This document shows, piece by piece, positions 56,843 to 64,000 of a stretch of 64,000 nt of DNA. The position numbers and the translations under genes were made by a program. Where the stretch lies: NCBI GenBank assembly GCA_021202555.1, contig JAJQCT010000038.1, positions 18,383-82,382 of the forward strand, written 5' to 3'. Under the pieces are notes generated by a model that made no database searches, was not told the origin of the DNA, and saw only the letters and a program-made list of their open reading frames with translations. Every line of letters begins with the position of its first letter. The stretch's first letter is position 1. This stretch comes from Clostridiales bacterium (GTDB lineage: Bacteria > Bacillota > Clostridia > Oscillospirales > CAG-272).

Positions 56843-57850
56843 TTATCGGCGGGGACTCTCACCCGCAATCTCGTCTATCAAGCATAGCTCCTCATCCGTA
56901 AACGGCGAAGCTTTTACTATTTCTGCGTTTTCGCGTATTTGTTCGGGCGATGAAGCGCCGATAAGCACACTTGTCACCTCCCCGTCCTTCATAACCCATG
57001 AAAGAGCCATTTGAGCGAGGGTCTGACCGCGCGACTTGGCGATTTCGTTGAGCTTTTTCGCCTGTAACACCCGTTCGGGTGTTACGCTTTCACGACGAAG
57101 AAATACACTCCCTCCTGCGGCGCGGCTCCCTTCGGGAATACCGTTCAAATATCGATTTGTCAAAAGCCCCTGAGCGAGCGGGCTGAATACAATCAGACCC
57201 ACGCCTTCCTCCTTTGCGGCTGCTTTAAGACCGTTTCTCTCAATTGTGCGGTTTATGATTGAGTATGAATTTTGATTTATCACAAACGGACACCTCATTT
57301 CCCGAAGAATCGCCGCCGCCTTTTTCATCTCCTCGCCGCTGTAATTTGAAAGACCCACGTAAAGCGCTCTGCCGCTCTTTACCGCAGTGTCAAGCGCAGA
57401 CATTGTCTCCTCGAGCGGCGTTTCACGGTCGGGGCGGTGATGATAAAAAATATCGACGTAGGGAAGTCCGAGGCGCTCAAGACTCCGGTCAAGGCTTGCG
57501 AGCAGATATTTGCGGCTGCCGCCGTCCCCGTAAGGTCCGCCCCACATTCCGTATCCCGCCTTTGTGCTGATTATAAGCTCATCACGGTAACGTGAAAGCT
57601 CCTCTTTGATAATCCTTCCGAAATTGCGCTCTGCGTCGCCCGGCTCGGGTCCGTAGTTGTTCGCTATGTCAAAATGCGTTATGCCGCAGTCAAACGCGGC
57701 AAAGCACATAGCCTTCATGTTTTCATATGATGAATCGCGACCGAAATTGTGCCAAAGCCCCAGAGAAACCGTGGGCAGCTTCAGCCCGCTCCTGCCGCTT
57801 TTGTTATATTTCATCTTTTCGTATCTTTTTTCGTCTGCCGTATATGACAT
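56843..57850 (-). CDS. aldo/keto reductase (L-glyceraldehyde-3-phosphate reductase YghZ-like)
   Basis: MKYNKSGRSGLKLPTVSLGLWHNFG N-terminus, plus FDIANNYG and DIFYHHRPD blocks. Confidence 0.8.
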   Translation of the reverse strand: MSYTADEKRYEKMKYNKSGRSGLKLPTVSLGLWHNFGRDSSYENMKAMCFAAFDCGITHFDIANNYGPEPGDAERNFGRIIKEELSRYRDELIISTKAGYGMWGGPYGDGGSRKYLLASLDRSLERLGLPYVDIFYHHRPDRETPLEETMSALDTAVKSGRALYVGLSNYSGEEMKKAAAILREMRCPFVINQNSYSIINRTIERNGLKAAAKEEGVGLIVFSPLAQGLLTNRYLNGIPEGSRAAGGSVFLRRESVTPERVLQAKKLNEIAKSRGQTLAQMALSWVMKDGEVTSVLIGASSPEQIRENAEIVKASPFTDEELCLIDEIAGESPRR

Positions 57851-57873
57851 AAATATCTCCCCGTGAATAAAAG

Positions 57874-59031
57874 TTATTTTATTTTGTTGTATTCCTCTGT
57901 AAGCTCGTCTGAAAGTCCGTCAACGTACAGCAGCTCACCGCGCTCGCGGATTTTATCGGCGGGAAAGCTTTCTATCGGGAAATTTTCGCCTATTTCGTTA
58001 ATCAGGCGCGTATGCTCCGATGCCGCTTTTATGCCGCAGACGACATCCGCGCCTGCCTTTCCGTTTCGCGTATCGACGGCGTTATATAGCTTGCGTTCCA
58101 CTTTGTAAAACGGATCGCCGTAATCGTGGAGAACACCGAATTTGTCAGTTCCCATGATGTGACCGACCGTGTAGTCGTCCTTGCCGTTGATTTTGTCGGT
58201 GAGAGCGTCCTCCGTGTACGTTACGCGCCCCTCGGTAAATTTGTAGTCAAAGAGTGGATTCTGCGCGCGGTCGATTGTATGTGAGGCAATGAATACGCAT
58301 CTGCCGCCGCATGACAGACCGAACTTTATTATCGCGGTGTCAAAATTTTCGATGCTGTTGACGCGGTAAAGCTCAACTGAGATATTTTCGGCGTGAGAGG
58401 AGTCGTTGATCTCGCTGCCCGTAACGTAAAGCATATTGTGAAGATAATGCGCCGCCGCGTTATTCGCCACGCTGTCGTATATGAGAGTGCCGTCGGACGC
58501 GCGGATTTTGCCAGCCCAGCCTGTTCCCCGCGTGAAGTATTTTTTGTCGCGAGGCCAGAGAATAAGCGTTTTTAATATGTCGGGCTTGCCGTAAAGCCCT
58601 GCCATAATGTCGCGCTTGAGACTTAAAATAGCCTCGCTGTGCGACCACTGATAGCCTATGTGAACATGACATCCCGACGAAGCCTCGGCGTCAAGCAGCG
58701 TTTCAATGTCGCGCACGTCGCCTGAAAGCGGTTTTTCGCAAAGAACGTCCGAGCCGTGAGAAAGCGCTGCGAGGATTCCCTCGCGGTGAAACTGTATAGG
58801 CGTAGATATTACGGCGAGGTCTGCCATATGCTCACTGTAAAACTCCTCAATTGTTCGATACGGCTGACCCGACATGGCGACAATTTCGTCAAGCCTTCCG
58901 CATGAGGCGGGGTAGGGATCTACCGTGCCGACAAGGTTTAAGGTTTCGCGGTTTTCGGGCTTCAGAAGCTCATTTACGTAAAGGGAACCGTAGCCGCCGA
59001 TTCCGACAAGAAGAATATCCGTTTTTTTCAT
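57874..59031 (-). CDS. Gfo/Idh/MocA-family oxidoreductase
   Basis: Rossmann N-terminus ILLVGIGGYGSLYV and an EKPL block. GGAG lies 8 nt before ATG 59031. The track start at 59139 has no RBS. Confidence 0.75.
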   Translation of the reverse strand: MKKTDILLVGIGGYGSLYVNELLKPENRETLNLVGTVDPYPASCGRLDEIVAMSGQPYRTIEEFYSEHMADLAVISTPIQFHREGILAALSHGSDVLCEKPLSGDVRDIETLLDAEASSGCHVHIGYQWSHSEAILSLKRDIMAGLYGKPDILKTLILWPRDKKYFTRGTGWAGKIRASDGTLIYDSVANNAAAHYLHNMLYVTGSEINDSSHAENISVELYRVNSIENFDTAIIKFGLSCGGRCVFIASHTIDRAQNPLFDYKFTEGRVTYTEDALTDKINGKDDYTVGHIMGTDKFGVLHDYGDPFYKVERKLYNAVDTRNGKAGADVVCGIKAASEHTRLINEIGENFPIESFPADKIRERGELLYVDGLSDELTEEYNKIK

Positions 59032-59126
59032 AAGTAATGCTCCAATCTCTTTGATTTCGCGTAACAGTATACAACAATATCGCCGATTTTGCAAGAGATG
59101 CAACGGCTTTTTTTGAATTGACCGAA

Positions 59127-59215
59127 GATTGCGATACACTGTACCTTGTGAATTTTAGCAATACATTGGTATAGATTGCACAATATTCTCATTTCATTTT
59201 TTTGAAATTCATTCA
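59127..59215 (+). repeat. degenerate copy (D) of the two-hairpin element
   Basis: ATTGCGATACACTGTACCTTGTGAATTTTAGC...GCACAATATTCTC...TTGAAATTCATTCAAT shares the ordered blocks ATTG..CACTGTACC..GTGAAT..GC(A/G)CAATATTC..TTGAA..TTCAAT with copy B. Confidence 0.4.
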
Positions 59216-59288
59216 ATCTGCGAATTGAAAAGTTTTCGCCGCCGCGATATAATATTGACGTCGGAAGGAATGTTTCGGCAAATACATA

Positions 59289-59591
59289 ATGAAAGGAATG
59301 GCTCACGCTATGCTCAAAAGAAAAATCGAACTGCACGACGTAGATATCACAGATTTTATCCATGCGCTTGATTCTTGTACGGGGGATGTTTACCTTGAGA
59401 CGGAAGAGGGCGACTGCATAAACCTGAAATCACGTCTTTCCCAGCTTCTCGGCATTGCGACCATAATAAAGGGCGGAAGCGTTACAAATGCTTCGCTGCG
59501 CTGTGAAAACGCCGAGGATGAGTCCAAGCTGTTCCGCTTCAATCTTTTCGGAGAGGTTTCCGAAAAGGGTGATGACGAAAACAAGGCTTGA
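59289..59591 (+). CDS. small hypothetical protein (93-100 aa, start uncertain)
   Basis: ORF with codon usage similar to its neighbours, followed by a strong terminator. No motif I can name. Confidence 0.45.
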   Translation: MKGMAHAMLKRKIELHDVDITDFIHALDSCTGDVYLETEEGDCINLKSRLSQLLGIATIIKGGSVTNASLRCENAEDESKLFRFNLFGEVSEKGDDENKA

Positions 59592-59612
59592 ATTAAAATT
59601 TGATATTTTCTG

Positions 59613-59667
59613 AAAAAAAGCGCAATCTGCGCTTTTTTTCGTAAAGGCGCGGTATGCGCTTTTTTTC
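59613..59667 (+). terminator. tandemly duplicated rho-independent terminator
   Basis: AAAAAAAGCGCAatcTGCGCTTTTTTTCGTAA followed by GGCGCggtatGCGCTTTTTTTCGTAA. The string GCGCTTTTTTTCGTAA is repeated exactly. Confidence 0.75.
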
Positions 59668-59740
59668 GTAATACGGCGCGATTTGCAAGCTTTGTCGGCT
59701 CAATGTTTATTTATGCGTGCTTGATTAAAACGTATCTTTA

Positions 59741-59810
59741 TGGTATAATAACATTGAGCGACGAAGCACAGATTCGCGTAAAATATTCACAGTACATCGC
59801 TCAATATGAT
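59741..59810 (-). repeat. short copy (C) of the repeat element, inverted orientation
   Basis: The reverse complement reads ATCATATTGAGCGATGTACTGTGAATATT...TCAATGTTATTATACC, matching the 5' and 3' modules of copies A and B. Internal 9-bp inverted repeat ATTGAGCGA/TCGCTCAAT. Confidence 0.5.
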
Positions 59811-59859
59811 TTACTGAATATGAGGTCGGAAATACAAAAAAACAAACGGAGAAAATGAG

Positions 59860-61440
59860 ATGGCGACATACTTGAATCCCGGGAACGAATCGTTCAGGGT
59901 AATACGAAACGGGAAATATGTGGATAAAACCGGTCTTGTCGATTACATCAACGGCACGATTGACACGCCGTTCAAGATGACGTGCTTCTCGCGCGCGAGA
60001 CGCTTTGGAAAATCTTTTGCCGCTAAAATGCTCTGCTCGTATTATGATAAAACGTGCGATTCTCACGAGCTGTTCGACGATCTTGAAGTCGCAAAGTGCT
60101 TATCATATGAAAAGCATATCAACAAATACGATGTCATTTACCTTGACATGACGTGGTTTATTTCGACAACAGAGGATATAAAGCACATAGTCGGGGACAT
60201 CCAGAAGAGCGTAATCGACGAGCTCAATGAATGCTATCCGAACGCACGGGTTGGTGGTGAAACGTCGCTCCCTCGCGCGCTTTTGAAAGCGGTTAGTTAT
60301 ACGGGCGACAAATTTATCGTAATTATTGACGAATGGGATGCACTTTTCCGCGAGGCGAAGGATGACGACGCGCTTCAGCGGGAATACGTGCAGCTTCTGC
60401 GCGGGCTTTTCAAGGGCGGTGCCGCCACGGACAAATCAATCGCCGCCGCTTATATGACGGGGATTCTGCCCATCAAAAAGTATGGCACACAGTCAGCGCT
60501 TACGGATTTCAAGGAATATACGATGGTTGAGCCGCTCGCCCTTTCTGAATACGTGGGATTTACCGAGGACGAGGTGAAATCGCTGTGCAAAGAATACAAC
60601 ATGGATTTTGACGAGATGAAAAAATGGTACGATGGGTACGCATTCTCGGAAATAAAATCTGTATACAACCCTAATTCCGTGATGAACGCCATCAAATTCA
60701 GAAAATTCCGCAGCTACTGGACGTCGTCGGAGACATACGAATCGCTCAAAAGCTATATCGGTATGAATTTCAACGGGCTGAAGGATGCGATAGTCTCAAT
60801 GCTGGGCGGGGAAAAGATTCGTGTGAACACCGTGCGCTTTCAAAACGATGTGACATCATTTGAAAGCAGGGACGATGTGCTGACGCTTCTCGTTCACTTG
60901 GGGTATCTTGCATACGACGAAATAGAAAGGGGAACGTATATTCCGAATCTTGAGGTATCGGATTCGTTTGAAGCCGCAGTCGAGGGACGGGAATGGGGAA
61001 TCGTAGAAAAAGCCATTGCCGACTCGGATAAGCTTTTGGATGCAACAATCAAAGGCGACGCTGATGCGGTGGCAGCGGCACTTGAAAAAATACATGAGTC
61101 GAATTTCTCGATTCTCAAGTATAACGACGAAAATTCGCTTTCATGTGCAGTAACAATCGCGTACTATACTGCACGCAGCCATTACCGGATAATACGCGAA
61201 TTTCCCTCCGGGCGCGGTTTTGCGGACATCGCATTCCTTCCCTATAAAAGCACGGACAAGCCCGCGATGATAGTCGAGCTGAAATACAACAAAGACGCGG
61301 ATACGGCGATACGCCAGATAAAAGAAAAGCGCTATGATGGAAAAATGCGCGAATACTGCGGAAGCGACAATCTTATCCTTGTTGGAATCAACTACGACCG
61401 TGAGACAAAAAAACATTCCTGTTTGATTGAAAGAATATAA
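59860..61440 (+). CDS. predicted AAA-ATPase fused to PD-(D/E)XK nuclease-like domain (AAA-ATPase_like + PDDEXK_9 architecture)
   Basis: N-terminal FRVIRNGKYVDKTGLVDYIN...FSRARRFGKSF (Walker-A-like RRFGKS), a IIDEWD Walker-B-like block, and C-terminal GRGFADIAF...MIVELKYN resembling D..(D/E)xK nuclease motifs. Confidence 0.7.
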   Translation: MATYLNPGNESFRVIRNGKYVDKTGLVDYINGTIDTPFKMTCFSRARRFGKSFAAKMLCSYYDKTCDSHELFDDLEVAKCLSYEKHINKYDVIYLDMTWFISTTEDIKHIVGDIQKSVIDELNECYPNARVGGETSLPRALLKAVSYTGDKFIVIIDEWDALFREAKDDDALQREYVQLLRGLFKGGAATDKSIAAAYMTGILPIKKYGTQSALTDFKEYTMVEPLALSEYVGFTEDEVKSLCKEYNMDFDEMKKWYDGYAFSEIKSVYNPNSVMNAIKFRKFRSYWTSSETYESLKSYIGMNFNGLKDAIVSMLGGEKIRVNTVRFQNDVTSFESRDDVLTLLVHLGYLAYDEIERGTYIPNLEVSDSFEAAVEGREWGIVEKAIADSDKLLDATIKGDADAVAAALEKIHESNFSILKYNDENSLSCAVTIAYYTARSHYRIIREFPSGRGFADIAFLPYKSTDKPAMIVELKYNKDADTAIRQIKEKRYDGKMREYCGSDNLILVGINYDRETKKHSCLIERI

Positions 61441-61463
61441 TACGCAGACGGAGTTGTCATTTG

Positions 61464-61506
61464 TTTTCCCCCGAAGAAAAATCGGGGGACATTTTTGCGC
61501 TTTTTA
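61464..61506 (+). terminator. rho-independent terminator
   Basis: TCCCCCGA agaaaaa TCGGGGGA stem followed by CATTTTTGCGCTTTTT. Confidence 0.75.
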
Positions 61507-61587
61507 ATTTTCTGTCACGCAATTCACGCATATTTTCCCGCACTCACGATAAAATCTTCATTTCAAAAAATTTTTTCAAATAGCTAC

Positions 61588-61616
61588 TTGACAATACATA
61601 GTAGACTGTGTATAAT
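61588..61616 (+). promoter_or_regulatory. consensus sigma-A promoter of the padR operon
   Basis: TTGACA (61588-61593), 17 nt, TATAAT (61611-61616). The imperfect inverted repeat ATACATA-N6-TGTGTAT (61594-61613) spans the spacer and the -10. Confidence 0.6.
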
Positions 61617-61637
61617 ATAAAACGGCAAAGGGAATGG

Positions 61638-62018
61638 ATGACCGTGTACGGAGGTGACTTTTTGGGAGACACACAGCTGACAAAGGGAATACTTGAGGGG
61701 TGCGTTTTGGCGATTGTGTCGCGCGGTGAGACATATGGCTACAAAATTCTCTCCGAGCTTGAAGCGCACGGATTCAGTAACGTGCTTGAAGGGACGCTTT
61801 ATCCCGTTCTGACGAGACTTGAGGAAAAGGGCTGCATTTCATGCAGACGCGGGAAATCGCCCTACGGACCGGTTCGCAAATATTATACCGTTACCGACTT
61901 CGGACGGAAATATCTTTCGGAATTTGAAAGGAGCTATAAATCGATTACGGCGGCAGCCGATTCGATACTTGACGACATGAATAATACGGATAAATTTGAA
62001 GGAGTAAACAAAACATGA
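61638..62018 (+). CDS. PadR-family transcriptional regulator
   Basis: GILEGCVLAIVSRGETYGYKILSEL...GTLYPVLTRLEEKG winged-helix pattern. Alternative start TTG 61662 is preceded by GGAGGTG. Confidence 0.85.
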   Translation: MTVYGGDFLGDTQLTKGILEGCVLAIVSRGETYGYKILSELEAHGFSNVLEGTLYPVLTRLEEKGCISCRRGKSPYGPVRKYYTVTDFGRKYLSEFERSYKSITAAADSILDDMNNTDKFEGVNKT

Positions 62019-63142
62019 AGTATATTGACGCAAAAAGTATGCTCGATGGTGAATACCTTGAAGCGTTCAGCACGGCGGAGGCATACGGTCTTATGATGAA
62101 CATCGATTCGCGTGAGCTTGACGATAAGCTTATGAATCTCATCGACCTTTTCACAACGGCAAAAAAGCGCGGGCGTCCTGTCGATAAGGTCATCGGAACC
62201 AACACAGAAAGCTTTTGCCGCGAATATTTCGAGACGTCGCTCTCGCCGGCGCAAAAGGCAAAAAGAGCTGCTGCTGTGATATTCAGGTACTGCGCCTTCG
62301 CTTTCGCATTTGAGACGCTGATTCTTCTTTTCTCATGGGAGGAATCATACACCGCTGCCGATATTATGTCGATTAAAACCGATGTCACGGGGTATATCGT
62401 CGGCATCGTTATTGCGTGTATTTATACGCTTATTTTGAGATACGTCATTCGACCGCTTTTCTCAAAGCACAGATTTATCTCGCTCAAATCGTCTTACACA
62501 GTGTGCGGAATTTTTATTGCCGTCGTCGTGGCTGTGAGCTTGCTTTTTCCGTATGACGAGACATCATTAAGCGTTCCCGCGGCGGCTCTTATCGGAATCA
62601 CGGGGGTATACCTTTTTACATACGAGGCGGCGAAGCTCATTATAAGATACAGAAAGACGGGAAGCGTCTCAAATCCCGAACGCCGCGAGGAAAAGTGCAT
62701 TGAGATTGAGCTGTGCGACAGACGCGCGGTGACAATAGTTGCGGGTGCATATCGAAAAAGAAACGACAGGCTCATTATGAAGGGCAAGGCTCCGCTGACG
62801 CCCGACGAGGTGATGAAAAAAATCCGCAGATCAAACCTCATCTCCCGAGCGGTAACTGTCGCTGCCGCCGCATATATCGCATATTCTTGCGTTTCATACA
62901 CTGTCCGAACGACGCTCGAGGAGGGAATTATGTCGGGGCTTTTGTTTCTTGCCGCGCTCGCCGTCATTGAGGGCGCGATTATGTGGTTTTTCTTCTTTTC
63001 GCCGAAGTCGTCAGTTCGGAGCGAGACGCGGATTCTGAAAAAATGCAGGGATCTTGGGGTTGATATTTTCAAATACGAAAAAATGCTTGACGAATCCGGT
63101 TACGATGATGAGGAAAAACTCGAAAACGACGATATTCTCTAA
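62015..63142 (+). CDS. PadR-associated polytopic membrane protein
   Basis: ATGA overlap with padR. Soluble helical N-terminus, then about six hydrophobic helices. No catalytic motif I recognise. Confidence 0.5.
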   Translation: MKYIDAKSMLDGEYLEAFSTAEAYGLMMNIDSRELDDKLMNLIDLFTTAKKRGRPVDKVIGTNTESFCREYFETSLSPAQKAKRAAAVIFRYCAFAFAFETLILLFSWEESYTAADIMSIKTDVTGYIVGIVIACIYTLILRYVIRPLFSKHRFISLKSSYTVCGIFIAVVVAVSLLFPYDETSLSVPAAALIGITGVYLFTYEAAKLIIRYRKTGSVSNPERREEKCIEIELCDRRAVTIVAGAYRKRNDRLIMKGKAPLTPDEVMKKIRRSNLISRAVTVAAAAYIAYSCVSYTVRTTLEEGIMSGLLFLAALAVIEGAIMWFFFFSPKSSVRSETRILKKCRDLGVDIFKYEKMLDESGYDDEEKLENDDIL

Positions 63143-63326
63143 GCATATAATCAAAGCGCAGCCGTTTTTTGGCGTTTAACTGACGATTCCTTCGCCTGCG
63201 CTTCAATTAATTCACGCATGATGAATAAAATCTCCATATCGGGCAAAAATAAGTCTGCACGATTTATTCTGCGGCGGCATACTCTGCCACCGATGAGGAA
63301 ATTTGAAGCAAAGGAGCTTTTACATC

Positions 63327-64000
63327 ATGCAGACAAAGAAAACAAATGAAGCCAAGGTCGTTTACGCCGTTCTTTTGGCGGTAATCGCGGCGCTTTCCGT
63401 ACTCGTTATCGTGACGGGAATCATGTCGCGAAGGAGCAAGGATGACGATGACACGTCAGCCTCATCTGACATCACGTCGGCGCTCGACGTTTTTGCGGGC
63501 AGTGAAAAAGAGGATGAAACGTCAAGGTCTGATTCAGCCTCGTGGGAGACGGACGCGGCGACAAGCAATACGGAGGCGGCGGATCTTACCGAACCGTCGG
63601 AAACAGACGATATTTCTGTTTCATCGGAGCCGACGCTTCCCGAATTTATCGCACCGGTTGACGGCGTAGTCTCAAAGGAACACAGCGACACCGTGCTTGT
63701 TTATTCGCTGACGATGAACGATTACAGGACGCACACTGGAGTTGATATTGCATCGACTGACGGCGCGGAGGTCGTCGCTGCCGCTGACGGCGTTGTCCTC
63801 TCCGTCTGGAGTGACCCGATGTGGGGCTACTGCATCTCAATTTCACACGAGGGCGATGCGGTAACTGTATACCGCAACCTGACGGAAAGCAGCATCAAGG
63901 GAATCGCCTCGGGCGATATAGTTTACAAGGGCGAGGTAATTGGTGCCGTAGGTGAATCCGCAATATATGAGCTTGCGGACGAGCCGCACCTGCATTTTGA
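63327..64000 (+). CDS. M23-family (LytM-type) metallopeptidase, 3' end outside window
   Basis: Not in the ORF track because it has no stop within the window. AAGGAG precedes ATG 63327. TM helix, acidic linker, then HTGVDI and PHLHF zinc-ligand motifs. Confidence 0.8.
   Translation, partial: MQTKKTNEAKVVYAVLLAVIAALSVLVIVTGIMSRRSKDDDDTSASSDITSALDVFAGSEKEDETSRSDSASWETDAATSNTEAADLTEPSETDDISVSSEPTLPEFIAPVDGVVSKEHSDTVLVYSLTMNDYRTHTGVDIASTDGAEVVAAADGVVLSVWSDPMWGYCISISHEGDAVTVYRNLTESSIKGIASGDIVYKGEVIGAVGESAIYELADEPHLHF

Noticed and set aside
59613-59700. Short direct repeats, considered as a possible CRISPR fragment
   Set aside because: There are only two exact 16-nt repeats, and they consist of hairpin plus T-run terminator tails. 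There are no spacers of regular length and no cas genes.
1-64000. Scanned for rRNA, tRNA, CRISPR arrays, transposases, integrases, reverse transcriptases and phage genes
   Set aside because: None were found. All intergenic gaps are short (at most about 365 bp) and lack tRNA-like cloverleaf signatures, and no ORF carries DDE, tyrosine/serine recombinase or RT motifs.

Overview
This window looks like a Firmicutes/Clostridia chromosome (inferred from the ctsR-mcsA-mcsB-clpC operon, ECF S-component, LCP protein and gene order). It is mostly core housekeeping genes, interrupted by a few accessory patches. The core part runs topA(partial)-trmFO-plsX-rnc-radical SAM-smc-ftsY-rdgB, then yhbY-nadD-yqeK-LCP-rsfS-leuS. 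Further along are the ctsR operon, an M16 peptidase, pepD, ispD-ispF, rpe, an RNA methyltransferase, and an M23 peptidase that runs off the right edge. I saw no rRNA, tRNA, CRISPR array, transposase or integrase. Six items deserve a second look. (1) A two-hairpin intergenic element recurs at about 36.9 kb and 44.9 kb with three fully compensatory stem substitutions, and has degenerate copies at 59.1 kb and 59.75 kb. (2) A roughly 5 kb A/T-richer segment between pepD and ispD carries an HTH plus helical-repeat regulator, three tandem paralogous six-blade-like lipoproteins, and a 325-bp gap with odd coding potential. (3) A four-gene translationally coupled operon encodes a VTC polyphosphate-polymerase-like domain, DUF4956, a DUF4097-like protein and an Fn3-like membrane protein. 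(4) A GH51 arabinofuranosidase is broken by a 1-nt frameshift in a G run, next to a two-component system with candidate direct-repeat operators. (5) A roughly 975-aa discoidin-module surface protein has both a lipobox and a non-LPXTG C-terminal anchor-like signal. (6) Several candidate operators are listed, including an unusual dual CtsR box arrangement. All functional calls rest on motifs I recognised by eye. No database search was run.
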